Assembly: GCA_951406725.2 (NCBI GenBank)
Contig: OX597814.1
Span: 83,762,001-83,826,000, forward strand
DNA length: 64,000 nucleotides
Source of the DNA: Octopus vulgaris
Lineage: Eukaryota
Reading direction: 5' to 3'
Made by a program: the position numbers and the translations under genes. Positions 59,591 through 64,000 of the stretch are shown in pieces; the stretch's first letter is position 1, and every line of letters begins with the position of its first letter. Below the pieces are notes generated by a model, which was given only the letters and a program-made list of their open reading frames with translations, made no database searches and was not told the DNA's origin.

Positions 59591-60959
59591 TTCTCATGAA
59601 GGCTTTAGCCATTTGAAATAAACTTTACTAATTGTTAAAGAGAAACTGCTGTTCAAGTTTGTTTACATTTTACATAGAAAGTTGTGTAATTCTTATCCCT
59701 GGTCCAGCAAACTTATGGTCAAAGATGTTCCGATCATGACCATCCCGTCTTTTTTCTTTCAGGCATAAGGTATCTGAAACTACGCTATCTAATGTGTTTT
59801 CCTCCAGTCGATCAGGTGTGACTTGTAGGAAATTTGACGGTAATTTCTAGCGCGTATTTGGCTCATGTTGTATTTTGGCCATTAATCAAGGTTACTTTTA
59901 TTAACGTAGGAACTGTGGCTTCTGTTAAATAGTATATCATCAAGAAGCGAACGTTTTGATATGTTGTGCAATTTATAATGATGACAAAAATGAATTTATG
60001 AACAAAAATCCCGTGATTTCATGATACTTAACAGAGTGACGATATTCGAGTGTAACGTTTCACTTTCTTTGTGTAAACCTGTTCGGTTGTAACTACAAAG
60101 AGTGAAAAGCTGTCAATTTCGCCGACTCACGGGGTAGCAGAAAGCCGAGAGAAATGGCGAAATCTGGTGCGACGTCATAAGCAAATGTCCCAACGACCAC
60201 ACGGTCTATGAGTAGGATCGGGTAGCTAGTAGCATTTGTGGCATAACTACAGTTTGCATCTTCATAATTTTCTGAAAGATGCATACTTTTTATTTTTTTT
60301 TTGCAGAGATGCATTTTCGAGTGGGTAGGTTACAATTATGTTGACATAATATTAAAAAATTTTGGGGAGTTTCTGATCCTTCTCCTCACCTCGTGCTTTC
60401 TGTAACAACTGCCTTTTTTTTGTCAAGTTTTTTAAGCTTTAAAAGTTTGAAAATTCAACATTACATAATCTACACTTTCAAAAACATATCTACGAAATGG
60501 CATTTAAAAATATGTATTTTATAGATATTCTGTAGGAACGCCGACTGGTGGTGGGGAGATTGATCCAAAATCCCTCCAAAAATATTTTTAATGTTATTGT
60601 AACAGTTATCTGTACTCGTGAAAACGTAAATCTACAAAATTTTATTTAAAACTATGTATTTTTCAGAAAGTTATGGGGAAACGAAGTCAGAAGCTATAGT
60701 TATGCCATTTCGGTTTTCCGCCTGTTATTTTATTTTATTTTTATGTTTGTTTTTAGAATGGGAAGGTTTGGTTATATCAAATCATTTAGAATTATTTTTG
60801 TCGTTCGTTGTGTGTTGTTTAAGAAAAAATCTTCGTCAGACACCAAAAAAAAAGTGCTAGTTGTTAGACTGACAAAATAATAAAACACTCGACCCGTTAA
60901 ATGTAGCAGCTAATTTTGACGAAGGTAAAGAACGTGTGTCACCAGACAGGTTTTTCTGC

Positions 60960-61368
60960 ATGCATATTTAAATTGTATAATATTACAAACAATAACTCTG
61001 AGCACCTTTTCAAACTCCACCCATCTAACACCCGTGGACATGTTTACAAAGTTAGAAAACAGCACAGTTCCCATGACTTTCGGAAACATTTTTTCACGCT
61101 AAGAGTTGCTGAAGTATGGAACTAACTGCCGGCATCAGTTGTTAGTTATCGGAGCACTGCATCCTTCAAAACTTCCATGCTTCCTGAGATTCACCAACAC
61201 TACACCTGGTTTTCTTCCCTCCATACACACGCAAGCATGTATCTGACTCATACACTGTTCACTTTCCAGACATTTGTACATTACTGCATATGCTTTATAC
61301 GCACTTTTGACAAGTTGTGGTGCACCTGAGTACTGTATACAATAATTTCATTATTATTATTATTATTA
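60960..61368 (+). mobile_element. CR1-type LINE 3' end with (ATT)n tail
   Basis: HLFKLHPSNTRGHVYKVRKQHS..DFRKHFFTLRVAEVWN; same family as 6812-7160 and 53390-53523. Confidence 0.8.
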
Positions 61369-62090
61369 TAACAAAGAATTTAGTAAAATAACTTAGTTAT
61401 CATTCAGCTAGTGTTACGAACATAAATTGTAACTAAGGTTTGGTGGAAGATTTTAATTCAAAACTTATGAAAACAATACATTTATACTCAGAGCCAGAGC
61501 CGGTTTTAGCCAGGTTGGTATCAAAAGGGTTAAACCTCTATAACTTTTTTAAAACATTTTTCTGGAAAAAATGAAATAACTCCAGCAATTCAGTTTGAGC
61601 AAGTGTATTATTGTGCCAAATTTTAAAATTTTCGGTAAACTTTAATTTTTAGAGCCGCTGGCAATCAAACAGAAACAATCCATTTTTTTTTTTAACTTTA
61701 AATTTTTCTTTAAGAAATATTCAATGTCCCTTTTTCACCACACCCACCCATCACCTCCAGCTTTCAAAAAAACTAAAAACTCAGAATGATTCACTTTTGT
61801 CTGATGTTTCACGCATGCTACTGAAACAGCACACGTCTAAAATATCAGACCAGCACCAGAAAACCCGACATGTAAGAAACAACAGCTAAATGACATTATT
61901 TCTAGGAAAACTCTCCCGCTTTCCGAAAAACTAAAAGTGAAACATTCGGACGTGATGTGTAGAGGTTAGGGAAGGGGATTTCAGTGTTTCTTAAGGAAAA
62001 TGAAATAATGGCAAGACTTCCTTTTCTACCCCCCCCCCCCCCAAAAAAAAACACCCCTTGTTTTACTTAGTTTTTTTCCTTTTCCTACAC

Positions 62091-62403
62091 AAACCCCCAT
62101 TTTCGGCTACGGAGAATACGAATCTGCAAAAAATTTGGCAAAAATCGGCATTTTGAAATCCCCCCCTCCCTCCGCTAAATTCTTCATTTAAAACTTTTTT
62201 CAGAATTTTTTTTTTTTCAAAATATGCAGAGAAATAGGGAGATTATGATTCGGAAAAAAAAGTTTCTAGTTAGGGTTTTAGGGTTAGGGTTACGGAAAAA
62301 AGTGAAAAATGAAGAAATTGGGGGGGGGGGGCACAAAATTCAAAATTCCGATTTTTTGCAATTTTCCGGAATCTCCGAATCTCCGTATCCGAAAACGGGG
62401 TTT
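62091..62403. mobile_element. Foldback/MITE-like element with internal TTAGGG repeats
   Basis: Inverted arms at 62091-62120 and 62376-62403, inner C-run/G-run arms, and TTAGGG units at 62270-62292. Confidence 0.55.
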
Positions 62404-63480
62404 TGGCAAAAATAAGTTTTGAAAACAAGACAATAATTTGCGAGAAAAATGGGGTGGTGGACGGGAGGAAGTCTTTCCAAAATAATTCCCAGAATAGTAA
62501 TCTCTGTATTTTACTACAAGGATTAAAAAAAAAGTTTTAAAATTAAAAAAATTGGGGAGGGTGGGGGAAAATTAAAATTTTGAAAACGTGATTTTTGGCC
62601 AAAACTGTATTCTCCAATATCGAAAACAGAAATCCGAAAAAAGTTTTGAAAAAAAAAACACCGATAATGAGTGGTGTACACATTCTTTACTTCCGTCCTA
62701 TTTTTTTCTCTAGTTATATCTTACTGGCTTTTAATAAATAGAGAAGGATCCATTGAGTAATGAGCGAAAAATAGAAAGCAAAATTACCATTAAATGAAAC
62801 GATACTAGTTTGACAAAATGAACGTGAAACGATTAACACTAGTATCACCTTTGACAGGACTATTGCGGTGCTTTGGAGCCAACATTTTAAAAGTTTACCT
62901 TAATACCAGAAATAGCCGATAGATTTCTCTCAACATTCTACTGTGTTTCAAAAAGATAGGAGTAATGAATGAAGGAAGTTTGCCATCTACTAAACGAAAT
63001 GATATTAGTTTGGCAAAATGAAAGTGAAGCGTTGAACTTTAGGTTCGCCCTTGAATCCATTATTTCATAAGATAACCTTAAAAATGAACTGTCTTACATA
63101 AATGATTTTATTTTGTTGTGATTGTTGGTATTATTGTTACACATTTAAACTATGGTGCAAGTGAGCCTTTATATGTTTACTCGACATACTTAAAATAGCA
63201 GCGAAATATCTTTCAAATCCTGTACTGTCTTTGACAATACTGATACATTGGATTTGTAGGGACTGCACTTGGCACTGTCTGAGACTTGAAACCAAATCTT
63301 CCTGCTTGTTTTGACAAACAACAAGCAGATAAATTTGGTTTGAGAAAACGATGGGAGTAGTTATTGACGAGTATCTTATTTTTGAATTTGTTCATAAAGA
63401 GTAGTGACATTGTTGTCTACGATGACATTAGTACATATACTACAAAAGCTGTCGAAAAACACTTTGAGTATTATCTAAAT

Positions 63481-64000
63481 CAGTGGTTCTCAACTGGTGT
63501 CCATATGGCCCTTGGATGTTCTTATAAGGTTTAGTTCTAAAAAATTAGATGCAATAAATAAATCAATTATGCTTCTACAAACAGAAAAATTAATGCTTTT
63601 TAATGAAACTCTCAACAAATAACTGCTTAGATCTTGTAGATTGAGTGTATGTAACAATTTGTTGCCAAAAAATTTTCCGCGGGCTTGGGGAGAGAAGTTT
63701 CGGAAAATTCACAGGACCCTATACCTTTCAAACAGTATAGATTATGATTACAAAGAAATTTGTTGACAAAATTTTTTGCAAGGGAACGATGGGGAGGAGT
63801 TTCGGATTAGATGGTCCACATAAGCTGGAATTTCTCCGTTTTGACGGGGATTTTTTCCAATTTTGTTTTCACCACAATCTTTGGAATTATGGGAGGCATC
63901 TTTTCACGTAAAAAAAAACATATTTTGAAATTTATGATTTTTTTTACGCCCGCCAGTCCGACTGATTTTGGCCAATTTTTTTTTCCCTACATGGAGAAAC
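63481..64000. mobile_element. Possible left end of a hAT (Charlie/Buster-type) non-autonomous element
   Basis: CAGTGGTTCTCAAC terminus preceded by ATCTAAAT, which resembles the NTCTAGAN target. The right end was not seen. Confidence 0.4.

Overview
AT-rich animal genomic DNA. The repeat families point to a mollusc, most likely an octopus (inference). Two convergent, intron-containing genes can be reconstructed by hand. On the + strand is a Shiftless/RyDEN/C19orf66 (SHFL) homolog with six confident coding exons (9047-33274, about 340 aa) and a weak candidate 5' exon at 3481-3677. On the - strand is a complete nine-exon adenosylhomocysteinase gene (AHCY, 59444-39813, 431 aa) with a CCAAT/TATA/TCT-like promoter. 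Introns and intergenic DNA are filled with transposon debris: RTE LINEs (one with a PHD finger), many RTE 3'-UTR copies, tRNA-derived SINEs, CR1-like ends, Penelope-like remnants, Tc1, pogo, Chapaev-like and Gypsy fragments, MITEs and a roughly 4 kb (TA)n/(CA)n array. The three most unusual signals are a chain of overlapping uORFs ending in an antizyme-type UCC-UGA +1 site in the candidate SHFL leader exon, a head-to-head palindrome of a tRNA-headed element carrying a hammerhead-like core, and an identical 28-nt motif just downstream of two consecutive SHFL splice donors. All calls come from reading the sequence; no searches were run.
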